Part shown: positions 1-6,718 of the stretch, piece by piece
Position numbering within the stretch: the first letter of the stretch is position 1
Layout of the letters: every line of letters starts with the position of its first letter
From: Acidobacteriota bacterium
GTDB lineage: Bacteria > Acidobacteriota > Thermoanaerobaculia > Thermoanaerobaculales > Sulfomarinibacteraceae
Assembly (NCBI GenBank): GCA_024641545.1
Contig: JAHECW010000003.1
Location: 1,951 to 65,950 of the forward strand
Length of the DNA: 64,000 nucleotides
Direction of reading: 5' to 3'
Made by a program: the position numbers and the translations under genes
The notes under the pieces: model-generated
The model's database searches: none
What the model saw: only the letters and a program-made list of their open reading frames with translations
Told to the model about the DNA's origin: nothing

Positions 1-206
1 GGGTCGTCGGCGCCGCGGCCGCCCTCGGCAGTCGATCGCAGGGTCGCGAGCACCGGCAGCGGGCAGGCCGAAACCGCGGCGCGAATGTCGATTTGGGGAA
101 AAAGGTCAAGGCGGAGCTCGATGACCGCGGCCCCCTCGGGGGGAGTGGCGAGAGCGGCGAAAGGGTCTTCGGATACCTCGGGAGTCAGTGAGACGATCCA
201 ATCCAT
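1..206 (-). CDS. aroD: 3-dehydroquinate dehydratase type I, N-terminal fragment (gene continues past window start)
   Basis: Own translation of the minus strand from ATG at 206-204: MDWIVSLTPEVSEDPFAALATPPEGAAVIELRLDLFPQIDIRAAVSACPLPVLATLRSTAEGGRGADD. ELRLDLF and PLPVLxTLRSxAEGG resemble the AroD type I N-terminus. Absent from the ORF track because no stop lies inside the window. Confidence 0.5.
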   Translation of the reverse strand, partial: MDWIVSLTPEVSEDPFAALATPPEGAAVIELRLDLFPQIDIRAAVSACPLPVLATLRSTAEGGRGADD

Positions 207-275
207 GAAGGCAGATTACCACCTGTCTGTATTCCCGTGTCAGGGCGGACGGTGCGGGTCCACGGCCTTCCCTTC

Positions 276-330
276 ATGTCACCCTGAGCACCGCCGCACC
301 GAGAGGCGGTGCCTTGTCATGGAATGACGG
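276..330 (-). repeat. 55-nt conserved upstream motif, copy 1 (copy 2 at 20122-20178)
   Basis: Minus-strand reading CCGTCATTCCATGACAAGGCACCGCCTCTCGGTGCGGCGGTGCTCAGGGTGACAT. It shares CATTCCA.G....GGC...G......G..GCGG.GGTGCTCAGG.TGACA with the second copy. Both lie 30-125 nt upstream of a minus-strand start codon. Confidence 0.5.
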
Positions 331-333
331 GGC

Positions 334-361
334 AAAAAAGATGGCTCCCGGGGGAGGAGCC
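334..361 (-). terminator. Rho-independent terminator (minus strand)
   Basis: Minus-strand reading GGCTCC-TCCCCCG-GGAGCC followed by ATCTTTTTTG. This is the only canonical hairpin plus U-tract I found in the window. It lies downstream of gcdH and its repeat tail. Confidence 0.6.
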
Positions 362-520
362 AGATGAAGGAGGAGCTCGATGAAGGGTCGATCGGGATAA
401 GTTGGCTTATCTCCTGACACCCTCAGCTCAGGTAGGTTGTACGCACGAAACCGGGATTCGGTTTCAATTTCTTTTCTCTCAATATAGGTTCCGAGATCGG
501 TTTTGGCATCCCTTTGGTGA

Positions 521-720
521 AGAAATGAGGAGGCGAGGAGGTCAGCGCTCGCTTCGCTCGCTGTGAGGAGGTCAGCGCTCGCTTCGCTCGCTGTGAGAAG
601 GTCAGCGCTCGCTACGCTCGCTGTGAGGAGGTGCACTGCATGAGTGCACGGGAGGCCTTCAAGTTCTGTAGCAGGCCCACCTTCTAACTTCCTCACCTTC
701 TAACTTCCTGACCACCCTCC
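521..720 (+). repeat. Composite repeat (E1 family) copy A: 3 tandem 30-nt units + palindromic core + 8-nt pyrimidine words
   Basis: Units GAGGAGGTCAGCGCTCGCTTCGCTCGCTGT at 535-564, 565-594 and 595-624. Palindrome GTGCACT-GCATG-AGTGCAC at 631-649. Words CCTTCTAA/CTTCCTCA at 681-720. The core 625-712 matches the reverse complement of 6500-6608 (about 60 of 63 nt in the best stretch). Confidence 0.85.
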
Positions 721-723
721 GGC

Positions 724-1905
724 TCAGCCGGCGGGAGGCTCGAAGGCCGGGATTCCCGTGAGGTAGTTGCCGAGAACCAGGGTGTGAATATCGTGCGTTC
801 CCTCATAGGTGTAGACGGTCTCGATGTTCATCAGGTGGCGCATGATGGGGTACTCGTTGACGATGCCGTTGGCGCCGTGGATCTCCCGCGCGGTCTTGGC
901 GCACTCACGCGCCACGGCGACATTGTTGCGTTTCGCCAACGACACCGCCTCGTGGCGAAGGCTGCCGGCGTCTTTCATCCGCCCGAGTTGGAGCGCGACC
1001 AGCTGTCCCTTGACGATCTCGGAGTACATCTCGGCGAGCTTGACCTGGGTGATCTGGTGGGCGGCGATGGGCCTGCCGCTGAATTGAATTCGGGTCGAGG
1101 CGTAGTCGAGGGCCGCGGAGAAGGTCGCCATGGCCGAACCGAGGGCGCCCCAGGCGATCCCGTAACGGGCCTGATTGAGGCACATGAGCGCGTTCTTGAG
1201 CCCGGTTGTTCCCGGGAGCAGGTTCTCGGCCGGGATCCGGCAGTCCGAGAACGCGAGCTGCGAGGTCACCGAGACCCGGAGCGAGTATTTGCCCTTGTGA
1301 TCGATGGTTTCGAAGCCCTCGGTGCCTCTCTCGACGAGAAAGCCGCGCACGCCGTCGTCGGTGCGCGCCCAAACAACCGCGACATCGGCGATGCTGCCGT
1401 TGGTGATCCACGCCTTCGCGCCGTTGAGAATCCAGGAGTCGCCGTCGCGGACGGCGCGGGTCCGCATCCCACCGGGGTTGGAGCCGAAGTCGGGCTCGGT
1501 GAGGCCGAAACAGCCGATGGCCGTCCCGGCGCCGAGGGCGGGGATCCAGCGCTGCTTCTGTTCCTCCGAGCCCCACTTCAGGATCGGGAACATGACCAGC
1601 GAGGTCTGGACCGAAACAAAGGAACGCAGCCCGGAGTCGCCGGCCTCGAGCTCCTGGTTGATGAGCCCGTAGGCGATGGAGTTGAGCCCCGGTAGATCGT
1701 ACTCGCCGTAGGGCGCACCGAGGAGGCCGAGCTCGGCCATCTCGGGGACGAGCTCGGTGGGGAAGCGGCAGTCCCAGGCCCAGTCTTCGATGCCCGGCAG
1801 CACGCGCTCCCGAACCCACCGGCGCACCGAGTCGCGCACCATGCGCTCGTCATCGGTCAGCAGCGTGTCGATCTGGTAGAGGTCGAAGTCGGAATAATCA
1901 CGCAT
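724..1905 (-). CDS. gcdH: glutaryl-CoA dehydrogenase (acyl-CoA dehydrogenase family)
   Basis: Collinear with GCDH/ACAD proteins: GCFGLTEPDFGSNPGGM, AWITNG, RNNVAVARECAKTAREIHGANGI, YEGTHDIHTLVLG. Start taken at MRDYSDF (1905) because 1907-1934 is one arm of an inverted repeat; the track start at 1932 is possible. Confidence 0.9.
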   Translation of the reverse strand: MRDYSDFDLYQIDTLLTDDERMVRDSVRRWVRERVLPGIEDWAWDCRFPTELVPEMAELGLLGAPYGEYDLPGLNSIAYGLINQELEAGDSGLRSFVSVQTSLVMFPILKWGSEEQKQRWIPALGAGTAIGCFGLTEPDFGSNPGGMRTRAVRDGDSWILNGAKAWITNGSIADVAVVWARTDDGVRGFLVERGTEGFETIDHKGKYSLRVSVTSQLAFSDCRIPAENLLPGTTGLKNALMCLNQARYGIAWGALGSAMATFSAALDYASTRIQFSGRPIAAHQITQVKLAEMYSEIVKGQLVALQLGRMKDAGSLRHEAVSLAKRNNVAVARECAKTAREIHGANGIVNEYPIMRHLMNIETVYTYEGTHDIHTLVLGNYLTGIPAFEPPAG

Positions 1906-1906
1906 G

Positions 1907-2006
1907 AGGTGCCACCCTTCGCATCGTTGCATTGTGCCTCATCGGTAACCACATTTGTCAAAGCGGTATTGCGTCACTCAATGCGACAATGCGAAGGGTG
2001 GCACCT
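1907..2006. promoter_or_regulatory. 28-bp inverted repeat in the gcdH/2033 divergent intergenic region (candidate operator or RNA hairpin)
   Basis: 1907-1934 AGGTGCCACCCTTCGCATCGTTGCATTG versus the reverse complement of 1979-2006 AGGTGCCACCCTTCGCATTGTCGCATTG (26/28 match), with a 44-nt spacer. The right arm contains tandem CAATGCGA x2. Confidence 0.45.
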
Positions 2007-2032
2007 TGGGGAAATCGCGGTACCATCGGTCC

Positions 2033-3166
2033 ATGAAGATCCCTTGGTCGACGATCGCCGGGTGGGTCCACGCAGTGCTGCTGGCGGCGCTGCCGTGGTG
2101 GGCCTGGTGGGATCCCCGGTGGGTCCCCTTGATGGTGGGCGGTGCGGTCCTGGTGCACCAGCGGGCGCGGCGCCATCAGGCAACCGAGCCGTGGTCCAGC
2201 GCGCTGGTTTTCGTCTCTGCCGCGGCCTTCGTTCTTCTGACCTCCGGCTGGCGCGGTCCAGTGGGGTTGTGGATTCTCCTCGGTCTCGCGGTCGCGGCCA
2301 CGGCCCGTTTCGTCTCGTTCAACGACGGCGGCCGGCCCGACGCCGCGGACATCGTCGCGGTGGTGGCCTGGGCGGTGCCCTTTGCCGCCGATCCCGGGCT
2401 GCTCGAGACCGCCGCCGGCGGCTGGTTGGCGCCCGCGGTGCTGCTGGCGGCGGCGCGCCGTCTCGGATCGGTGCTCGCGTCGGGCGGTGCCGCCGGGAGA
2501 TCCCCGATCGGTCCGCCGACGCGCGAGGTCCGCGGCACCCTGAGCCTGCGCGGGGTGGTCGCGACCGCGGCCGGTCTGCCGGAGACGGTGCCCCTGCACC
2601 TCGATCTCCGGGCCGGTGAGTCGCTGGCGGTGATCTGTCGGGACCGGGTCGCGGGGCAGGCGCTCGCGGATGTCCTCGCCGGCCGGTCGAGGCCGCACGG
2701 CGGGGAAGTTCTCATTGATGGCAGCCCCGTCGGCCCCGCCGACCGCCTGATCGCGGTGATCGGCCCGGGCGAGCCGCTGGTCGCGGGCGGTCTCGACGCC
2801 AATCTGGCCGCGCTTCGGGAAGAAGCCCCCGATCGGGCGGCCCTCGGTGCCGCCCGCGACGCGTGTGGTTTGGCCGATGTCGCGGCGGCGTTGAGCGGCC
2901 GGTCCATGACCGCCGACGGCGAGCCGCTGACGACCTATCAACGGCTCCTGGTGCTGGCCGCGAGGGTGCTTGTTTCGCACTACCGGCTGGTCGTGGTGGT
3001 CGATCCGGAACCGTGGGTCGATTCGCGACGGGGTGATCTCTGGCGCGCCGCACTGGTGCGGGCCTCGGTCGGCCGGACGTCGATCTGGATCACCGGCGAT
3101 CCCGATCTCGCCGACCGCGCCGATCACGTCCACGAGCTGGAGGGTGGGGTGCTCAGACCGTCGTAG
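2033..3166 (+). CDS. membrane protein with C-terminal degenerate ABC-ATPase-like domain
   Basis: The N-terminal ~150 aa are hydrophobic helices (MKIPWSTIAGWVHAVLLAALPWW...). The C-terminal ~220 aa follow ABC ATPase order, but Walker A reads AVICRDRVAGQ, the signature reads LTTYQ and Walker B reads VVVVDPEP. Confidence 0.65.
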   Translation: MKIPWSTIAGWVHAVLLAALPWWAWWDPRWVPLMVGGAVLVHQRARRHQATEPWSSALVFVSAAAFVLLTSGWRGPVGLWILLGLAVAATARFVSFNDGGRPDAADIVAVVAWAVPFAADPGLLETAAGGWLAPAVLLAAARRLGSVLASGGAAGRSPIGPPTREVRGTLSLRGVVATAAGLPETVPLHLDLRAGESLAVICRDRVAGQALADVLAGRSRPHGGEVLIDGSPVGPADRLIAVIGPGEPLVAGGLDANLAALREEAPDRAALGAARDACGLADVAAALSGRSMTADGEPLTTYQRLLVLAARVLVSHYRLVVVVDPEPWVDSRRGDLWRAALVRASVGRTSIWITGDPDLADRADHVHELEGGVLRPS

Positions 3167-3298
3167 GCGCCGCGTGACCAGTGTCGAACCGGAATCTGCG
3201 GGCGGGACGCCCGCATCACGGAAAAGCGGAGCAAACCTGAAGAACCCGGCTCTGCGGTAGGATGGTGGCGGACGCTCGGCGTTCCAGGGGAGGTTCGA

Positions 3299-3577
3299 AT
3301 GGGCACTTTCATGGGTGGATCGGCGCCCGCCATGGCGCGCCAGGTGTGCGACGGCTACACCCTCTTGTCGATGACCAGCCTCAAACGGCTCAGCGTCGAA
3401 CAGATGCAGCAGCTCGAGTTCGAGATGGACAAGAATCTCCGCCTCGCCCGCGGCACGCAGCCGGACCTCAACGATCAGCCGGCGCTCCAGGAACGGAATC
3501 GACGGATCTTCAGGATCGAGGGACAACTCCGGGTGCTGCGCCACACCGCGCAACAGAAGAAGATGGGCAGGCTGTAG
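3299..3577 (+). CDS. hypothetical small charged/helical protein (92 aa)
   Basis: GGGGAGG lies 8 nt upstream of the ATG and third positions are GC-rich. I recognised no family. Confidence 0.45.
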   Translation: MGTFMGGSAPAMARQVCDGYTLLSMTSLKRLSVEQMQQLEFEMDKNLRLARGTQPDLNDQPALQERNRRIFRIEGQLRVLRHTAQQKKMGRL

Positions 3578-3700
3578 CGAGCGAGCGCTCGCTTCGCTCG
3601 CTGTAAGGAAGTAAGGAAGTGAGGAGGTTCCCTACCCTTCACTCTTCATTCTTCATTTCCTAACCCGCTAACCCCTAACTTCCTCACCTCCTCACCTCCA
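3571..3700 (+). repeat. E1-family partial copy: one 30-nt-type unit + purine words + pyrimidine words
   Basis: AGCGAGCGAGCGCTCGCTTCGCTCGCTGT overlaps the TAG stop (3575-3577). It is followed by TAAGGAAG TAAGGAAG TGAGGAGG (3605-3628), then pyrimidine words ending CTTCCTCACCTCCTCACCTCC (3679-3699), which can pair with the purine words. Confidence 0.75.
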
Positions 3701-3746
3701 GCCGTCTTGACCGCCAACCTCGAGTTCCATACCCTCGGGGCCCGAA

Positions 3747-4676
3747 ATGAAACCTGCACAGATTCCCGCATGCGCCCAGGGCTGGGAAGCGCTGCGCGGC
3801 GACTCCCTGGGTTGGCTGCTCGACCCGGAGCGGCCGAATCTCCACTGGCGGGTTCTGGTCGAGCTCGTGGGCCGGCCGCCGGACAGCCCCGCGGCGCGTC
3901 GGGCCCGCAGCGGCGCCAACGCCGCCGAACCCGTGGCGAGCCTGCTCGCCGAGCTTCATCCCGATGGGCGGTGGGCGACGGCGACGCCGTTGTGGAAGCC
4001 CTGCGCGGGGCCGGGTTGGCGCCTGATCGCGGCGGTGCAGTGGGGCGCCGATCCCGAGGATCCCCGGTTGCACGCGGCGTCGAAGCGCCTGCTCGAGACC
4101 GCTCCGGGTGATGGCGGGCTGGTTCGCCCGCGCGCGGCCCACCCGGATCCCCGGCTGACCGGCCGGGCCCTCGAAACCATGGTGGCCCTGGGCTGGGAGA
4201 AGCACCCGCGGGTTCAGGAGTGGCTCGCGTGGTTCGAGGCGACCGAGGGTTGGGAGGACGACCCGGCCACGGCGGCGGCGGTGCTCGCGGCAGGTCGCGG
4301 CGGACTGCGGCCGGTGCTCGCACAAAAGGCGGTCGAAGGGCTCGGGCGGAGGCTCGCCGAATCTCGAGGCAACCACTTCACCGCTCTCGGCCACCCGAAT
4401 CTCCTGCGCACCGACGCCGCCGAGATCTTCGCCGGGTTGGCGGCCGCGGGGATCGGGTTTCGGAGCGGGTGGCGGCGGTCCCTCGTTCAACTGCAGCAGG
4501 GTCAGGATCGGACGGGGAGGTGGTCCCGCCGGTCGCCGGTTCCCCGTTCGCTCGCGGTGCCCGAACCAGATCGGCCCTCGAAGTGGATCACCCTCAAAGC
4601 CACCAAGGCCCTGCTCGCCTACGCCGTCGAAGCGGAGTTGCCGCGGTTGTTTCCGTATCCACCAAAGCGACCGTAG
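3747..4676 (+). CDS. hypothetical protein, prenyltransferase/terpene-cyclase-like alpha-alpha toroid repeats (tentative)
   Basis: 309 aa with recurrent aromatic/Gly motifs (HPDGRWA, LWKPCAGPGWRL, LGWEKHP, TEGWEDDP). The TAG stop (4674-4676) is part of a REP GTAG head. Confidence 0.6.
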   Translation: MKPAQIPACAQGWEALRGDSLGWLLDPERPNLHWRVLVELVGRPPDSPAARRARSGANAAEPVASLLAELHPDGRWATATPLWKPCAGPGWRLIAAVQWGADPEDPRLHAASKRLLETAPGDGGLVRPRAAHPDPRLTGRALETMVALGWEKHPRVQEWLAWFEATEGWEDDPATAAAVLAAGRGGLRPVLAQKAVEGLGRRLAESRGNHFTALGHPNLLRTDAAEIFAGLAAAGIGFRSGWRRSLVQLQQGQDRTGRWSRRSPVPRSLAVPEPDRPSKWITLKATKALLAYAVEAELPRLFPYPPKRP

Positions 4677-4703
4677 GTGGGGCCGGCCCCAGTTCCACCC
4701 TAC
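4673..4703 (+). repeat. REP (GTAG-headed GC palindrome), upstream of RAYT
   Basis: GTAGGTGGGGCCGGCCCCAGTTCCACCCTAC: palindrome GGGGCC/GGCCCC plus an inverted GTAGGGTGG head. Confidence 0.75.
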
Positions 4704-4726
4704 GATGTGCGTGATATTTTTGCCAT

Positions 4727-5278
4727 ATGCCCAGGTACCGCAGAGTGAAGCTCGAAGGTGGAGTTTTTTTCTTCACCGTGGTGACGTTTCGACGCCGGCC
4801 CCTTCTGACTACTGAACGCGGTTTGCGGTGCCTTCGAAAGGCCTGGCGTGAGACCGGTGGAACCCGACCATTCGAGACCGAAGCGGTGTGCATTCTCCCC
4901 GACCACCTCCACACGATCTGGTCTCTACCCGAGGGTGACTCGGACTATCCGGCGAGGTGGAGGAAGCTCAAGGGGATATTCACCCGCGAGTATCGCAGGG
5001 CTGGAGGGACGTGGGTCGCTCCCGGCTCATCGAGGGAACGAAAAGGCGAAGCCGCGGTGTGGCAGCGGCGGTATTGGGAGCATCGAATCCGCGACGTTCG
5101 AGATTTTCGCCGCCACGTCGACTACATCCACTTCAACCCGGTGAAACACGGTTACGTGACCAACCTTGTTGATTGGGAGTGGTCGAGTTTTCACGATCAT
5201 GTGAAGAAGGGGTGGATCGAACCCGATTGGGGAACAATTGAACCCGACCATGTCGGCGTTCTTGACACGGGTGAATAG
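4727..5278 (+). CDS. rayT: REP-associated tyrosine transposase (RAYT; IS200/IS605 TnpA-like Y1 transposase)
   Basis: 183 aa. HUH motif LPDHLHTIW and catalytic Tyr region RHVDYIHFNPVKHGY. Flanked by GTAG-headed REPs. Confidence 0.85.
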   Translation: MPRYRRVKLEGGVFFFTVVTFRRRPLLTTERGLRCLRKAWRETGGTRPFETEAVCILPDHLHTIWSLPEGDSDYPARWRKLKGIFTREYRRAGGTWVAPGSSRERKGEAAVWQRRYWEHRIRDVRDFRRHVDYIHFNPVKHGYVTNLVDWEWSSFHDHVKKGWIEPDWGTIEPDHVGVLDTGE

Positions 5279-5316
5279 GATGACCGGGCGACGCCGACCC
5301 CACGATCTACCGCCAC

Positions 5317-5545
5317 GTAGGGTGGGGCTGGCCCCACCTTCAGAGGCGTGCCTGCACGGGGTGTTTCCGCACGTCGGTCCGAAGCAGATATCGGGGCCGT
5401 GCGATCGGCGGGCAATGCCCTGAACCCGTCGAAAATGCTGAAGGTGGGGCCAGCCCCACCCTACGTCGAATCAGAGTCGTTCATGTACGGGGTGGTTCCG
5501 CACGTCGGTCCGAGACAGCTGAAGGTGGAGCCGGCCCCACCCTAC
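5317..5545. repeat. REP cluster (BIME-like): one forward and two inverted GTAGGGTGGGGC(T/C)GGC(C/T)CCACCTTCAG copies
   Basis: 5317-5343 forward. 5438-5464 is its exact reverse complement. 5519-5545 is inverted with 2 changes. A ~33-nt companion repeat ACGGGGTG(T/G)TTCCGCACGTCGGTCCGA..CAG occurs twice between them. Confidence 0.85.
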
Positions 5546-6471
5546 GTCGGATCGGGCGCGCCCTTCATCGTCGTGATCCTGAGGATGGACCCGACGAGCA
5601 CCAGCCCGCCGAGCCACTGCCAGGCGCCGAGTCTGGTGCCGTTGACGATGTAGTCGAGGAACACGGCGCTCAGGGGCAGGCAGAGCTCGCAGATGGTCGC
5701 CACGGTGGCCCTGACCCTGGTGAGACCCCAGTAGTAGAGGAAGATCGCGCCCGACCCGGTGGTCAGCGAGATGATGACGACCACGACCCAGCTCGCCCGG
5801 GTCACCGTGGCGAAAGGCAGCCCGACTCCGCCGGCGATCAGGTAGACCAGTGCGAGCACCGATGTCAGCCCGTAACGGGCGAAGGTGGCGGTCTTGAAAT
5901 CGACGCTGCCGAGCAGGAGCTTGCCGAAAACCGTCGCGGCGCCGAAACAGACCGCGGCCATCAGGGCGAAGAACGCGGCCGACAGAGTACGGTCGCCACC
6001 CTCGAGATCGGGCAGGGAGAAACCGAAGGTGAGGAGATAGCCGCCGGCGATCGCGGCGATCGCCCACACGACGAACCGCCCGGTCAGTCTTTCCTTGAGC
6101 AGCAGGGAGGCGAGAGAGATGGCGAAGACCGGCTGGAGCTTCTGCAGCAGGACGACGACGCTGAGCTGTTTGAAATCGACCAGAAAGAGCGCCTTGACGA
6201 TGAACATGGTGCCCATGAGCCCGCCCGCGAAGGCGACGGAGAAGAGCACCAGCCAGGTCGTGCGGTCAAAGTTGCGGAGTTTCTTCCAGCAACCGAAGAG
6301 CAGGGGCTGCATGAGGCCGAAGGGTAGGGCGTGGAGGAGAAAAACCACGAACGGCACGGCGATGCCGGACAGCCGGGGCGTGAGGACCACGCCGTCGAGG
6401 CCCCAGAGGGCGGCGGCCACGCAGATGGCGAGGGCGCCGACGGTGGTGGTGGATCGGTTCACGGCCACCAT
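5542..6471 (-). CDS. EamA/DMT family transporter
   Basis: 309 aa with about 10 TM helices in two homologous halves. The stop TAG is the GTAG head of the REP at 5519-5545. Confidence 0.8.
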   Translation of the reverse strand: MVAVNRSTTTVGALAICVAAALWGLDGVVLTPRLSGIAVPFVVFLLHALPFGLMQPLLFGCWKKLRNFDRTTWLVLFSVAFAGGLMGTMFIVKALFLVDFKQLSVVVLLQKLQPVFAISLASLLLKERLTGRFVVWAIAAIAGGYLLTFGFSLPDLEGGDRTLSAAFFALMAAVCFGAATVFGKLLLGSVDFKTATFARYGLTSVLALVYLIAGGVGLPFATVTRASWVVVVIISLTTGSGAIFLYYWGLTRVRATVATICELCLPLSAVFLDYIVNGTRLGAWQWLGGLVLVGSILRITTMKGAPDPT

Positions 6472-6496
6472 GATAGTTGAGAGTGAGAGTTTCCTT

Positions 6497-6718
6497 GGTA
6501 AGGAAGTGAGGAAGTGAGGAGGTTAGAAGGTTAGAAAGTGAGGAGGTTAGAAGGTGGGCCTGCTACAGAACTTGAACGCCTCCCGTGCACTCATGCGATG
6601 CACCTCCTCACAGCGCGCGAAGCGAGCGCTTACTTCCTGACCTCTTCACAGCGACCGGAGGGAGCGCTGACCTCCACACCTTCTCACCAGCGACCGAAGG
6701 GAGCGCTCACCTCCTACA
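6497..6718 (-). repeat. E1-family copy B (inverted relative to 521-720)
   Basis: Purine words TAAGGAAG TGAGGAAG TGAGGAGG TTAGAAGG TTAGAAAG (6499-6556). Core GGTGGGCCTGCTACAGAACTTGAACGCCTCCCGTGCACTCATGCGATGCACCTCCTC. Then three degenerate units CACAGCG..CG.AG.GAGCGCT.ACCTCC up to 6718. Confidence 0.85.

Larger units (their letters stand above)
4673..5545 (+). mobile_element. RAYT transposase gene with flanking GTAG-headed REP palindromes
   Basis: The RAYT CDS (4727-5278) is bracketed by REP copies at 4673-4703, 5317-5343, 5438-5464 and 5519-5545. Confidence 0.8.

Noticed and set aside
535-632. Possible CRISPR array (three identical-length 30-nt repeats)
   Set aside because: The units are directly adjacent with no spacers, there are only three of them, and no cas genes are present. 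It is a tandem repeat within a composite element.
274-696. ORFs 274-696 (minus) and 6538-6843 (plus) sharing the peptide M[RK][KR]LEGGPATELE.LPCTHA.HLLTA
   Set aside because: The similarity is a by-product of the two inverted DNA copies of the E1 repeat. The downstream 'protein' is a translation of tandem 30-nt units (LTASEASADL repeats). There is no RBS or family resemblance.
1997-2012. Additional sigma-54 promoters at TGGCAC strings (1999-2004, 7855-7860; TGGCAT at 503-508)
   Set aside because: The -12 element is missing or mis-spaced in all three: TGGCAC-CTTGG-GGAA, TGGCAC-CCTAC-CGTT and TGGCAT-CCCT-TTGG. Only 48861-48875 matches the full consensus.
3285-3300. GGTTCGAAT string resembling a tRNA T-loop
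   Set aside because: No acceptor, D or anticodon arms can be drawn around it. It is the Shine-Dalgarno (GGGGAGG) plus ATG context of the 3299 ORF. No other T-loop-like cloverleaf candidates were seen.
521-6718. Composite transposon bounded by the inverted E1 copies
   Set aside because: The enclosed genes include housekeeping gcdH. Partial E1 copies also occur at 3571-3700 and 22040-22215, no terminal duplications are evident, and the RAYT inside is associated with a different repeat (GTAG REPs). Dispersed gene-end repeats are the more economical explanation.
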